Shown here in pieces: positions 48,401-60,400 of a stretch of 64,000 nucleotides of DNA. Source of the DNA: Klebsormidium nitens (taxonomy: Eukaryota > Plantae > Klebsormidiophyceae); assembly GCA_000708835.1 (NCBI GenBank), contig DF237333.1, positions 1 to 64,000 of the forward strand, read 5' to 3'. Under the pieces are notes generated by a model. The model made no database searches, was not told where the DNA came from, and saw nothing but the letters and a program-made list of their open reading frames with translations. Position 1 is the first letter of the stretch; each line of letters begins with the position of its first letter. A program made the translations under genes and the position numbers.

Positions 48401-51400
48401 ATTTCTCATCTGAGGGAACTCATGGACTGTTTCGGGACATGAGCCTGTCCGAGTCGAGAAACTCCCGAGTCAAGAAGACGAGCAAAGCAGCCGTTGAGAT
48501 TCGCGATATTCAGCCGGCAAGCGTCACCAATACACATGCCTGGCACGACCATCATACGATGCCAAATCTGCAAACGATCTCGCGCATACTTCAGCCGTCG
48601 CTCACCTCTCCACCATGAGAACGTAGTCCGACCCCGGGCGCCGCGCGCGGCCGCGCGACTGGATGTGGCCGCGCACAGTGGTCGGCAAGTCGAAGCGAAT
48701 CTGCAACACAAGATGTCGAGTTCTGAACCCTGCCAAATTCTTGCAATCACGCGGGCACATCGTTCTGAACAAGGCGCACCTGGGCTCCACCCCGGAGCCA
48801 AACCGGGGCCGGACGTGAGCAAGTTGCTTGGAAAAGTGGGGCGCGCTAGGCCCGGCCAGTTCGAGCCCAGTTTGCTTGCCCGGAGCGAGGTGCTCCAGCT
48901 CTGCCCCGGTTTGACTCCGGTTCGCAGCCAAGACGCCCTGAAACCCATCCCTCGTCTTTGTGACCCTCAAGAAAGCCTGTCCTTAGTCTTGCACGTCCAT
49001 GCAGAAGCAGACGTGTTTTGCAGACTTCACCGCTGTTTCCAAAAGCTGATTGTGGCCCGCATAAACGATATTCACATTGGAGTCTAAAGCAATCGCTTCC
49101 TCACCACGGAGTTGCAGCGCTGGATGTCGAGCCCCTCCTCCGCCACGTCCGTCGCGAAGAGCAGGGACACGTGGCCCGTCTGGAACCGTGCGATGATGCG
49201 CTGCTGCTCGTGGCTGTTCATGCTGCCCGCGCGCACGAGCGCGTCCAGCTGCGCGTCCGTCGGCGCCACGCCCACCTGCGCCTTCACGTTGCGGGACCAC
49301 TGCGAAAGAGATGAGAGGTCTGAAACGACGACGAGAAGAGCACATACGTGCTCCGAAAGTGGAGAGCTTGAGCCTGATGTTCAACTCCGTGATCTTTTGA
49401 GGTTAGAGATGCTGGTTGATACGGATTGCCTTCAGGGGGGCATTGAACAGCAACGAGGAGAATTAGTGCACCTTAAGTAGAGGGCGTGACCTCTGGCTTG
49501 AGATTGCAACTTTGTCAAGTGGACCGTCTTCAAATTAGTCAGGGCTGTTTGACTTTTCCCTCCTGTAACTGTTTTTGTTTCTTTGAGGCGGCGCCTCTGT
49601 CTACGAGGTACTCAGTTTTTGGCCTTCACAAACTAGAGCACCTTGTGAAGAATTGGCTGTACATGCACGCAGAAAGGAGCCGTCTTTAATCCCTGGCGTC
49701 AGACGACAGAACGTCTGAGCCTATGCTCAGACCTTGTGTCTTTCTTGCCACAGGAGAACTCGTCGCGCCCCTAAGAATGTTTGCGTCGTGTGACAATAAC
49801 AAAGGCTTCCCCCGAGCACGTTAACAAATCGGAAAAATCCTGTTGACAAGGCCACGTCCGTAGAACTGCAAGCTCTCGAAGCAGAAGAATATTCTGCCTG
49901 TAGCAAACATGGGGGTTCGGAAGAAGAGCTAGCTTCCATTCGGCCGAGTTTGTGCGGAACAGGCTAGGTCGGGGGACATGCCGTGCCGCATGAAGCTTCC
50001 ACAATATTGTACAATTTTGCAAGGAACCCATCGTCGGACAGGAGAATCCACGTTGGTGAACAAGATCTGGCCATATTTAGAAAGGTATTGGATCATGTGA
50101 CCTTGGAGGGATTATTAATCTGGGCAGGTACGGCGCCAAACGCCTTGTGAGGACGTATTTGGGTTTCAAAAATGCATCCTACTGACGAAAACCGAAGTTG
50201 GATGGAGCACGGCAAAGAGAGTTGTGGTCACGCACTACTTTGAAGTATTCGACTTTGTGATTGACAATTGAGGTACCGAAGAAACTCTATTCAATCCAAC
50301 AATATCGACAACAAGCCATATATTTACCTCGTGAGAGTTCCTATAGTGTATCGAGGACAAAAACTGAACGGCGCGCACGTGACGAGCGACGGTGGCATCA
50401 GATCGCACTCGCCCTCCCTTGGCAACTGCCGTGGACTCTTGCATCTTCATCGCCACCGTTGGATTGAGTTTTCATCTCATACGAACTTCAGAAGGAAAGT
50501 ATATGCAAGTTCCGCCATCGTTTGATTCCTTGAAAGAAAACGAAAAGAGGCAACCGCCACATTAGCCAAAGTGACGGACCCAATGAGCCTAACCCAAATG
50601 GAACTCCCACCTTGCTGTGTCCGGTCAGAGCTGCGGCGCGCAGTCCCCCCATTGACGTCATGGTCGTCAGCAGGTCCGTCAGCACTTGCGCGGTCAGCAC
50701 CCGGCTGACGAACACGATACACTTGGCGCTCTCTGGGCGCTCCTCTTCCCCGGTCACTTCTTCGTCTCCCCCGGGCAGGTCCTGGCTGTCCACCGTCTCA
50801 GAATGGGAGTCCTCGGGGGATCCCCTGGGCGGAGGGGGATCCCCCAAGCCCCCAACGCCCTTGCCCTGATCCGAAGCTTGGTTACTTTCCGGAGCGCCTT
50901 CTGTGACTATTTCTGGGGGGAATTCTGCGGTGCTAGTGGCCCCCCCCGGAGGAAAGGGCGCATCGACGGCTGTGGGTGTCCCCTCGGGCTCGGGCGTAGC
51001 GCGGATCTTGTCCACGTGGCGGCAGAGCGCGGCCCACACGTGGCGGCGATTGCGGAAGTGGTACTTGTTGAGCTGGCGGAGGAGTTGGGCGACCTTGGTG
51101 GAGAGGAGCCCGCCCTCGATCAGCCGCGGCAAGTCGCACTCATCTGCGCCACAAGGATCGAAGTAGGGGATATGTCTCAGAAATGAAAGCAAAGTGTGTA
51201 ACAAATAGCTCAAGGTAAAGCCGACCTCAAGAAAGAGAAGCGACCGTTGTCTTACATGTAAACCAAAGTGAAAAGGAAATCTGCTTTTTGAAACTCGACG
51301 CCACGGCAGTCTCCTGCTCAGAGTAAGTAAGTCCTGAAGAGGTTTCTGGCGCGTCTGAGTTGGCGCCATTGAGCTCACTTCACCGCAGTCTCGAACACAA

Positions 51401-54400
51401 AAAGGACGCAATGATCCTGAGGGCGAACATGTTCTCGGCCGAATTTTCGGGTCCGAACGAAAAGGAAGGGAATGCGCGGCGGACGAAGAAGAGTACGGGG
51501 AGCGGGAACCTCCATCCATTAGGCAGTGAAAAGGTAGAGGACCGAAATCAGCCTCGCTTGAATGCAATACGGGCTGCATCAAAGAAGATAGAGCTGCTTG
51601 TTGAGCGAGCTTTACTTTCAATCAGAATAAATTTCTGCTCTGAAGAAACCTATCCTCGACCGGCTAGCAAGAGGGCTTGCCCAACACCACTGCTGCGACT
51701 CCACAGATATTGGCTTCAGAGTTACAGCCCAACATTCTATTGCGCAGACAAGCACAACAGCTGACGTCATCCACGCCGTTCTGAGCAAATCCAAAAAAGC
51801 AACCAGCGAGAATACAGCGCGAACATAAGGGCCGGCTATGGGAGCCTTTCAGGTTGAATCCGACGTATTATCGTACAAGCGCGTGGACATGAGAACCCTT
51901 ACACAGGACTTCATAGCATGAGAAGAAAAGCACAGAATACCTTGCCGGGATGATTCCGAAGTTAGTAGACGGGGAGGCGATTCGACTGCCTCCCTGCTGG
52001 AGGCCACCTCAAGCAGTGACGTCAAAGGACGCAACGTGCGACCTGAAGAGTGTTCCCAATAATCTAACAAAGTGCTTTGGAAACAGCTCTGAAAACCTTT
52101 GGAAACAGCCCTGAAAACCCAATCTTGTGCATCATACGAGGTCATCGAACATTAAAAGACGAGGCCGTTTGAGCAACCTTCAGAGTGTCTACGGGCAAAA
52201 TATAGAGTAAAAGCTACTATGAGCATGTTAAAGTTGGCAAATACATGCGGCTAAGTGCCGTGACAGTGTGGACGGTTTTCTTGCAACGGAAAAGACATGA
52301 AACGCACAAGAGACTTCGGATCGACAAGTGTGCGGTTATCAGCCAGTCTTTTCTGTGTGACTGGTTGGTTCGTCGTGCCCGACATGAGGTGCCTCGCGAT
52401 CGACCTTGAACTCAATTTTCTACCTCGTTTCTCTAAAGGAAGATTTTGAGGGGCTGCAGGTCACCCGGGAAGTAACCAACATGGCTTCGGATAGCTAGGA
52501 CAGACCCGTCGTGAGCCCAGAACTTCTGAGCCCAGTCACAGCGTCGTCAGAGCCGCTGTCTCGCCACAAGGGCCAGAATGTCGGTGCTAAAAGAGGTTCA
52601 TAAACGACACATGAGCTGTAAAGCTGCAAAATTGGATATCGTCTTGCGGCCACAAGCACTGGGTCACTTCAAGAAGAGAACCCGAAAGGAGTGGATAGAT
52701 GGCGATCAGAAGAAACACTGAGGGGCAATATTTTTCTGTGCCGTTTTCACTGCCATTTCGTAGGGGTCCAACGACAGGTCAGCTTCTAGCAACACGCCAC
52801 GAGTCTCGCACGAATTGCACAAGCACAAGCCCTCTGTGACCACTTCGCCTCGTCATGCTTCTCAAAACGTCGCTCCAGATTCATGATGCTAGAAGGCGCC
52901 GGCCAAGTTTACCAGCCACAATGATCCTTACAATGATCCGTACACCGAACGTCCTATTTCCCTTCACAGTCAAAGCACACTTCCAGCATATGAGACCGGC
53001 GGTCTCAAAGATGTTCGGAGGACCGCAACGTTTTCGTGAATCCAAGAGAAAGCCCGCTGCAGCCTAGAAGCCCAACTAGAAGGGGAGGTCTGAATAGGGC
53101 CATTTTGATTCTGCTATTGGCCTACTGATGGGAAGTCTACTTTTTTCCTGCCAGCAATACAACGAGTACTGAATCCCTGCGACAGCAAAGGTGAAGCATC
53201 CGAGCCCATTCTCGAACTAGATGAGCTTTAAAGCTCGGGCAAATGCTCTTCACTGCCCAACAAACAGCTTCGCTCATCTAAAACGCGTTTAAGAAAAGGC
53301 AGGTAACGTCAGCAAGTACTCTATTTAGACAGGAGCTTGCTGTTCCCAGTCTTGTGTATAGGAAGCAAGCAATGGATAGCGTTTTGCGCTATAATTGAGA
53401 GTAGTGATCCACTCACCGCTGTCAACAACATGGGCATAAAGATCGACAGACCTTGAGACGGCAATATCGGACCCGATTGGTTGAAGAACTTAAAACACGA
53501 CGTGTCCCACGAAAAAAATCAGACCTCCATTCTTTTCGCAGCTTTAGCCCTGGCGCACGGCAAGTGGACCGTCGCTCAATCCGTTTGCTTGTAATCTTGT
53601 GAGCAAACGAAGCAGGCACGTAAAGCATTGCTGTTAAGGGAGTCGCAAGATTGCAATTCAAAACTGCCCGCTTCAATAGGCAGCAGGCAGCAGCACAGCC
53701 ACACGTTTAGAAGCTTGCTTCAAAAACCCTATGATCCGACGGCTCCGACAGGGCCTATGAGATGTCTTCTAGTTCCGGGCTGGTTTGGACGGTGCAAAAG
53801 CGTGGCGTCTCGACCTGGAATTGGAGTCTGTTCTGAAACTCAGGTCGGTTTTGAACATACGTTACCGCGATCGTAGCCACGTGCAGCAGAAGCAGCCCAG
53901 CAGAGACCGGGACACATATCCGAATACGACGAGATGAAAAAGAAAAAGAGAATCCCAAGCGCTTTTGGGACTCCCTGGAAGTGTGCAACCCGGGAAGAAA
54001 CAGCATCGGAGCTCCATGACACGAGACAACGACGAACGGCACCTTCCGCTGACAGAAAGAGCGCTCTTTGCGATGATCAAGTACGTGCATAAGGGCACGC
54101 TCAATGAGCGCCAGCCCTTTTTTCCATCTTCTGATCAATCCTCCTCTAAGCCCTAGAATGAATCAAGTGTTTTCCAAACATGCTACTTCCAAGCCGTTTC
54201 AACTTCGCATGAGAACTAGCGGCGAAGGCCTCAGCAAAAGAAAACCAAAGGTCGCTAGAGTATTCAAGACCCAGTAACCACGTCACAGTGCCCCGGTGCC
54301 CAAGCATAGAGTCTCGTCTTGCTGAGCAGACAGTCGCAAAAAACACACTAATGGAGCGCAAGCTTGTGACGCATCTGCAAGACGAAACTGGCCCTCTGAG

Positions 54401-57400
54401 ACAGCTCAAACTGCTAACGCACTGAGTGGCAAGGGGAACATTCCGGTAAGGGGAAAGACGCACACATCTGGGAAGGAGTATTTCGGCAGAGCGCAGTCCG
54501 TGGACAAGTGAAGAGGAGGTCTTTGAGAGTGATTCGGAGGGGGTATTAACCAAGAGGCAGGAGCTACAACTTGAGTCTACAGCCGTACAGGACGTACCTC
54601 CTGGAGTGGCACCAAAGAAAAAACACTTCGACGCCGGTGCTTTAGGAACTAAGCAGAAAAGCTCGATACAGGTGTCTACGCGGCCTTGGAAGACACGGTT
54701 TTTCAGAGCATAGTTGCGTACCTCCTCTCCTCCAAGGGCGAGTGCGCTGTTTGAAGCATGAGGGATGATCACAAATCCACCCAGCAAGCAATCCAAAATC
54801 ACTGCTGAGTACAAATTGCGGCGAGGAAAGTCTGAGAAGGACCGAGCCGACTGGACGTCGAGACTCGATCAGGAATAACAACCGGAAGAAGTTGTGCTGT
54901 CTGAAATCAGATCAAGATTGGAGGCGTCGGACGAGGCTGCTTTGTTTCCCCACCTCTCTTGGCTCTGCTCGGATCAGGCTACTTTCTTGCCCGCGACAAT
55001 ATCACTACTAGTCGCCATGCTAATATAAGAGAAACGATTCCAAAGCGACAGCATTGAATGAGAACCAAACAGACCAAGTTCCGAACCGCAATTTTGCGAT
55101 TGGACGTAAGCAATTTCCAGGAGCACCCACGGTCTATGACGGAGTAAGAAACATCGACTACTCTTCTTACGCCTCGATCTTCTGAGGCATGTTAGGTATT
55201 CTTTTAATCTATGCAGCACTTTCAGCGTATCTGGATTGCTGTAGGGACAAGCGGCGGGGGCTCGGTATCCAGGGAAATGGAAAAGAAAGCCTGTGAGCCT
55301 TGGAGGCTCACTCAATGAGACACATCACGGCCGCCCAATTCTGTCATTTGCACAGGCTTAACGATTCGGATTTGGTGGTTTCGGGCCCCTTCGAGCAACG
55401 GTCCTCGTCACTACGGTCTCCATTCAAATGGAGAGCTGACCATGTCAGCCCGTGCCGAAGCAAGTCCCATGAAACGGCTGTCTCCAAAACTATCCTGAAA
55501 CAATGTGAACCACCCGTTGCCTAACAAGGTAGGGGCTTGCACAATCGACAATCTGGGCACAAGAGTCCCACATGGCACGATAACCATTACAAGCTTCACG
55601 GTCGGCCCAAGAAGAGCCGGTTCTCAACAGAGCTTGGCCGAAGCCCTAAGTTAGTCGCTATCCAGGTTGCTTCGCAAGCATTTACTAGTACTAGCAAAAA
55701 TAGGAAACGCAAGTTCTCAAATCTGCTAATTTCGTTCCTCTGAAATGAGGGCCGGTTCAAGGTGTCCATGCGCCCATTAAAATGACCGGCATAAGAAACA
55801 AGAAAGAAAGGAGCGTAGAGATACATAAGCCCAATCCGGCCAACTGACTGCACAGGTGTTCGAGCACGCCAGGAAGGTTTTGAGCACCATCTGATTCCCA
55901 CTGTTTCATCCCTGAGATCGGGATCAGACTGTATCAGATCTCTTCATATAACTGAAATGGTTGACCCACTTTCCCAGTCTAGGGTCAGTTGGTACGTAGC
56001 CGAGAGTCAACATCCGATCAGATCATGATAAGGCTTTGCGTCTGGATGCCGCCGATGATACTTGGACAAAACATAACCAACGAGATACGGCTGTGTGACT
56101 AGTGGGTGCGACATGGAGTGGTGAGCAAACAGCTCATTAGTGCACTAATCACGGCCGTCTCCAGAAAGGAAAGACGTAGACTACGTAAGGCTCAATACGT
56201 GACGTCGACTAAAACCAGCTTTTGATGGATTCGTGGACATCCCCATTGCGAAAGTGAGCTTTCGATTGCTTGGGCCTTGGGCAGCCAAAAGGATCAAGAG
56301 AGTCCTTAACGTAAGAGAATTACTCAAGGCTTCAAAACCAGATAACTCCAAGAAGTGGGCCGAAAAGCCCACTAAGTACCGTTGTCATTACCGTGTAGAA
56401 TTGCCGTCCAAGCACTCGGAAAATATGACTAAAACACGGCCGATAAAGAGCTTTTCTGAGTAAAGGCTCTCAAAAGAACGTTTTTTTGAAGGAAAACTGA
56501 TTCCGGAATAGACGTCCAGCAACCACTTCTTTGCTGCCGGTTTTCAGTTACCATGCCCTGGTCAAGGATGGTGCCCTGAGAAGGCAGACACCTGGCTAAT
56601 GCTTTTTGCAGACGTGCTGTAGCTTATGCTTGTCAGGAATCAGAATTTGCGAAGACCAGCTTCAAGCTCTACGGGAAAGAGAAGCAGATTTCAGCAGAGC
56701 TCTAGAAAGGACATGCTTGTACCGACAGGCCTGGTGGGAGCCAACTGTATCGAGTTACGATATGGAAGCCAATTTCACGACTAGACGTCTGCTTAAGGCG
56801 ACAATCCTGGAACGTCCTGCAATTCAGTATGGATTTGGCAGGTTTGACCGGTAAGGACTCGAAAAACGCCGACGCTCATCCTGTTTGAGCGCAACCCTCG
56901 ACATCTCATTGCACATTGTTGAGTGTGGAACCCGAGAAACCTTCAAGCCCCAAGCCTTATAATTGCAACGTATTGAGAAACCCTTCTTGAAACTCAAAGC
57001 TTAAGCTAGAGTTGTCGTGAGGAGAAAGTGGGCGGCTGTTGTGGGTCCGCTTCTCATTTCGAAAAAGGATACCAAAGCTATTGCGGGGTTCAGGGCATCA
57101 AGCTGGCTGCATAAAAACTAGCGGTACTTTGGGCTCAAAATATGGAAGGATTATGCTTGGGCCACTCGGGCCCAGCCCATGGTTCTTCACGGCCGTTTTT
57201 TGCGGGTCAAAAGTTTTACACACCACGTACCGCAATTCCTGTGGACCTAAGCATTGGCCTTTTCGGAGAATGGGGTTCGAAATGGATGGAGTAAATCCAA
57301 TGTCGGCCAACTGACGGTACTCTTGGTGTTCTCGAGCTTGGTTAAGGCGTGCTTGGTAACCAAGCATCTTATCAGAAAAGCGCGGATACGTTCAGAAAGA

Positions 57401-60400
57401 TATGGGGCAAGTTTAAGTGATTTGCGGCGAACGTAGTCAGATTTGTTGGCTCGGAGTTTTTCACATGCATCACCTCTGAGCTCGAAAGTCTCAATAGGCC
57501 CGGTTCATATTTGCCGCTATCTATTTCATAAAGGAAAATGAATGGTCTACACAACAACCTGGAACCAGAACATGGAGAATCGTCTTCGAAAATCGTGCCG
57601 CCGCAGGATGAACTCGCTTAGCGCACTGGTCGAATGTAGGAGGAGGCGCTTTCAGCGGATAGCTTTGGGCTGTACTTTCTCAGACCTAAGGCATTACGGT
57701 CTCAGGATTATATCGAAACATCCTGACAAGAAGGACTATGCGTGTCCGGAGACACTCACTGTAAAATGCTCTCTGAGCAAGAAAACCAGTAAGCCCCTCA
57801 AACCCATTTGAATTTGACGCATCTGTACATGATATTCTTTGAAAGACAGCAAGTGTGCCCGCTCAGGCAAAATAACCAGAAGATCCACGGCATAAGGTTC
57901 TAATTCAACAGGACGACTTTCCGTGTGCATATGTCCAATCTTCTGCCCAGTCGAAGGGCTGCAGGGAACTTGATTCGCAATGCTCTCGTACCAAGACGCA
58001 GATGACTTTGAATTGCGCCTCTTAAGATGAACCTCACCCACAGCTCACTACCCCGGCAATACTGACAGTTATGTCAGCTTCGCCCAAATAATCTTTGCTA
58101 CCATCGGTCGACCGGTGATGAAAAGTAAAAGAGGTCGATTGGTGCTTTCGAAAGCGAAGCAATATGCTAGGGAGTTAAGGTGTTGTACAGAGATCTCTAA
58201 ACCTGCAGAAAATGATTCTTGGGAGACGCATCCAAGAGAAAACTTTCGAGAGGGGCTTTTGCGTCTGTTGAACGGGTAGAAATTTGCTGGCCACCGGACT
58301 CTACGATTGCAAAGCTGACGTCAGCTGAGCTGGCATAGAATGCAAAACCGGAATCCACAATCAAGGTCACGTACAAAGCCGTTACTCTGCGACTTGAGGA
58401 ATTTTCTCTAGAAGCTACGTAGGACGATTGTCAACGAAGGCGTCGCCATTGGTAAGACATACTCTTTCGTTGAGCTGAAAAGCTCGTCAGCGGCTTCTCA
58501 TGGCCCTGTCAGCGGCAACTCAGCACAAATTCGAAACAACCTCCATTCAAGGAGACCAATTTACTCGAAGTAAGCTTGAGACGCCAAGCCCAACAGAGCC
58601 GACTCCGGTGTCGGGATAGGCCGTCGACAGTAAAGGGCATCTATATACGGTGAGCAGTGGTTTTGTTGAGGAAGATGGATTTCGGACACATGGGCAAACG
58701 TGAAAGGGAACGGTGAGAACTGTTTGAGTCGAAGGCACCATCTGCATCCACTGCTTCATCCCTGAGCCACGGATCAGACCGTTTCCGCTTTTCTCAATTT
58801 CAAAGCAACCGCGTCTTTTCTTTGGGCACAGGAAACTTTTGAAAAGTGCGTTGTGCTTCTTCAGCGGAGTGAATCTGCGACGACCAGAAGCAAACACACG
58901 GATCTTGAGAAGCGTTCTGGCAAGCTTTCAATTTCGTGCTTCAAGCAGGGGCTTTCAGAAGCTGTGCAAAAAACAGAACGGTCTGAAGGCCGGAAACTTG
59001 CATGGCAAATTCGCTCAAACAAATCCTGGGCTCCCCTCATGGGCAGGTTCGAAAGAAAAGCAAGTGGGTTCTCACACGAAGGCTTTCGTGGCTTTGCCGC
59101 TCTCAAGATGCACTCAACAAGCTCAGCGTAATTCTCATGAAACGAAATGGAGAAGACGATCTTAACGATGCCCTCGAACATTTCAAACGACCAATATTCC
59201 AACAGAAAAGCTTTTCGGGCGCTCCATGTACTTTCACTCGAAACCCAGTTCAAAAATGGTCTTCCTTTTGGCTCAGAACCGACCGGGAGGTTGAGCGACA
59301 GAGAAAGCCCATGCTGCCTGACGCTGGATCATTGCCAGTTACTTTCGTCGTGGTCAAAACGTGATATTCACAACTACTAGTAGCAAGTAAGATTTTTTTG
59401 CCAGCTGTACCTGTCCGAGCTTTGTCTGATTCATTCTTCATCAAAGAAGACAGGTGGCAGCGCCAACATGTGGCTTACAACACATTTCCATCAGACATCT
59501 TTAAGCCCCTTCGAAGCTTTCAGAGCGAGCAACCGTGACAGCCGCAAAGTAGTAGCTCGTAAAGGACGTTCCGCTTCCGTCACGACACATTTGTTTTTAA
59601 TACGACTATATCACTGCATATAAGGGCGTCAGAACCGCGCCGCGCCTGCTTTGACCTCGGAAGGTCGACGGTGGGCGCTTCGTTCCCTTCGACAGGGTCT
59701 TCCGGGAAACGCCAGATACAGAACGCCTTGAGAGGAAGCGCGCACAGTAAAGGAAGTAGATGTGGAGCTTCTAGAACTCTCTAGCTACTTCGATGTGACT
59801 GGCGTCTTGTATCAAAAGAACGCGGATGACATCCACGAGTCACCAGGAAACACGTTCCGGTGGAGACGACGGGAGAGCGAGGCAGGTCTTGACAATGTTT
59901 TGGGACATGTCGCAACGTCCTGATTGACCGTTTTGTAAGGCACACCTGCATCTGGTTTTCTTGATCACTAAAGCCGATTCTGTCTGTTGGTTGAACCGCT
60001 GCCCGACCAGACTCAAAAAAGGGCTTTCATGCTTTTATGGAGCTTGCAATACTAGACTCTATGCAGCAGGAGTCGCAATTGTGTGGAGCTCCCTGCATTA
60101 TACTTTCTATAATTCTGAAAGCAGGCTTTAAGACACGAAAGCCGCGTGAGCGAGAAAGCTCAGGTACGTGGCCGGTTTCACCATTGCCTTGGCAGCCCAT
60201 TGGGAAAAGAAGGATAGCGATATCTCAGCAAGCGACACCACCGCATGCAGGAACTCGCAAGATTTGGCTCTCTTACCGACAGGTTTGTTTGAGAAGGAAC
60301 TATTGTATCACCAGCACTGGCTGTTTCTCAAATCCCTTCCTTCTTCTGATAACTCGCAACGTTGCTGCTGGCGATGTTACAACCATTGCGAGCACATGAA

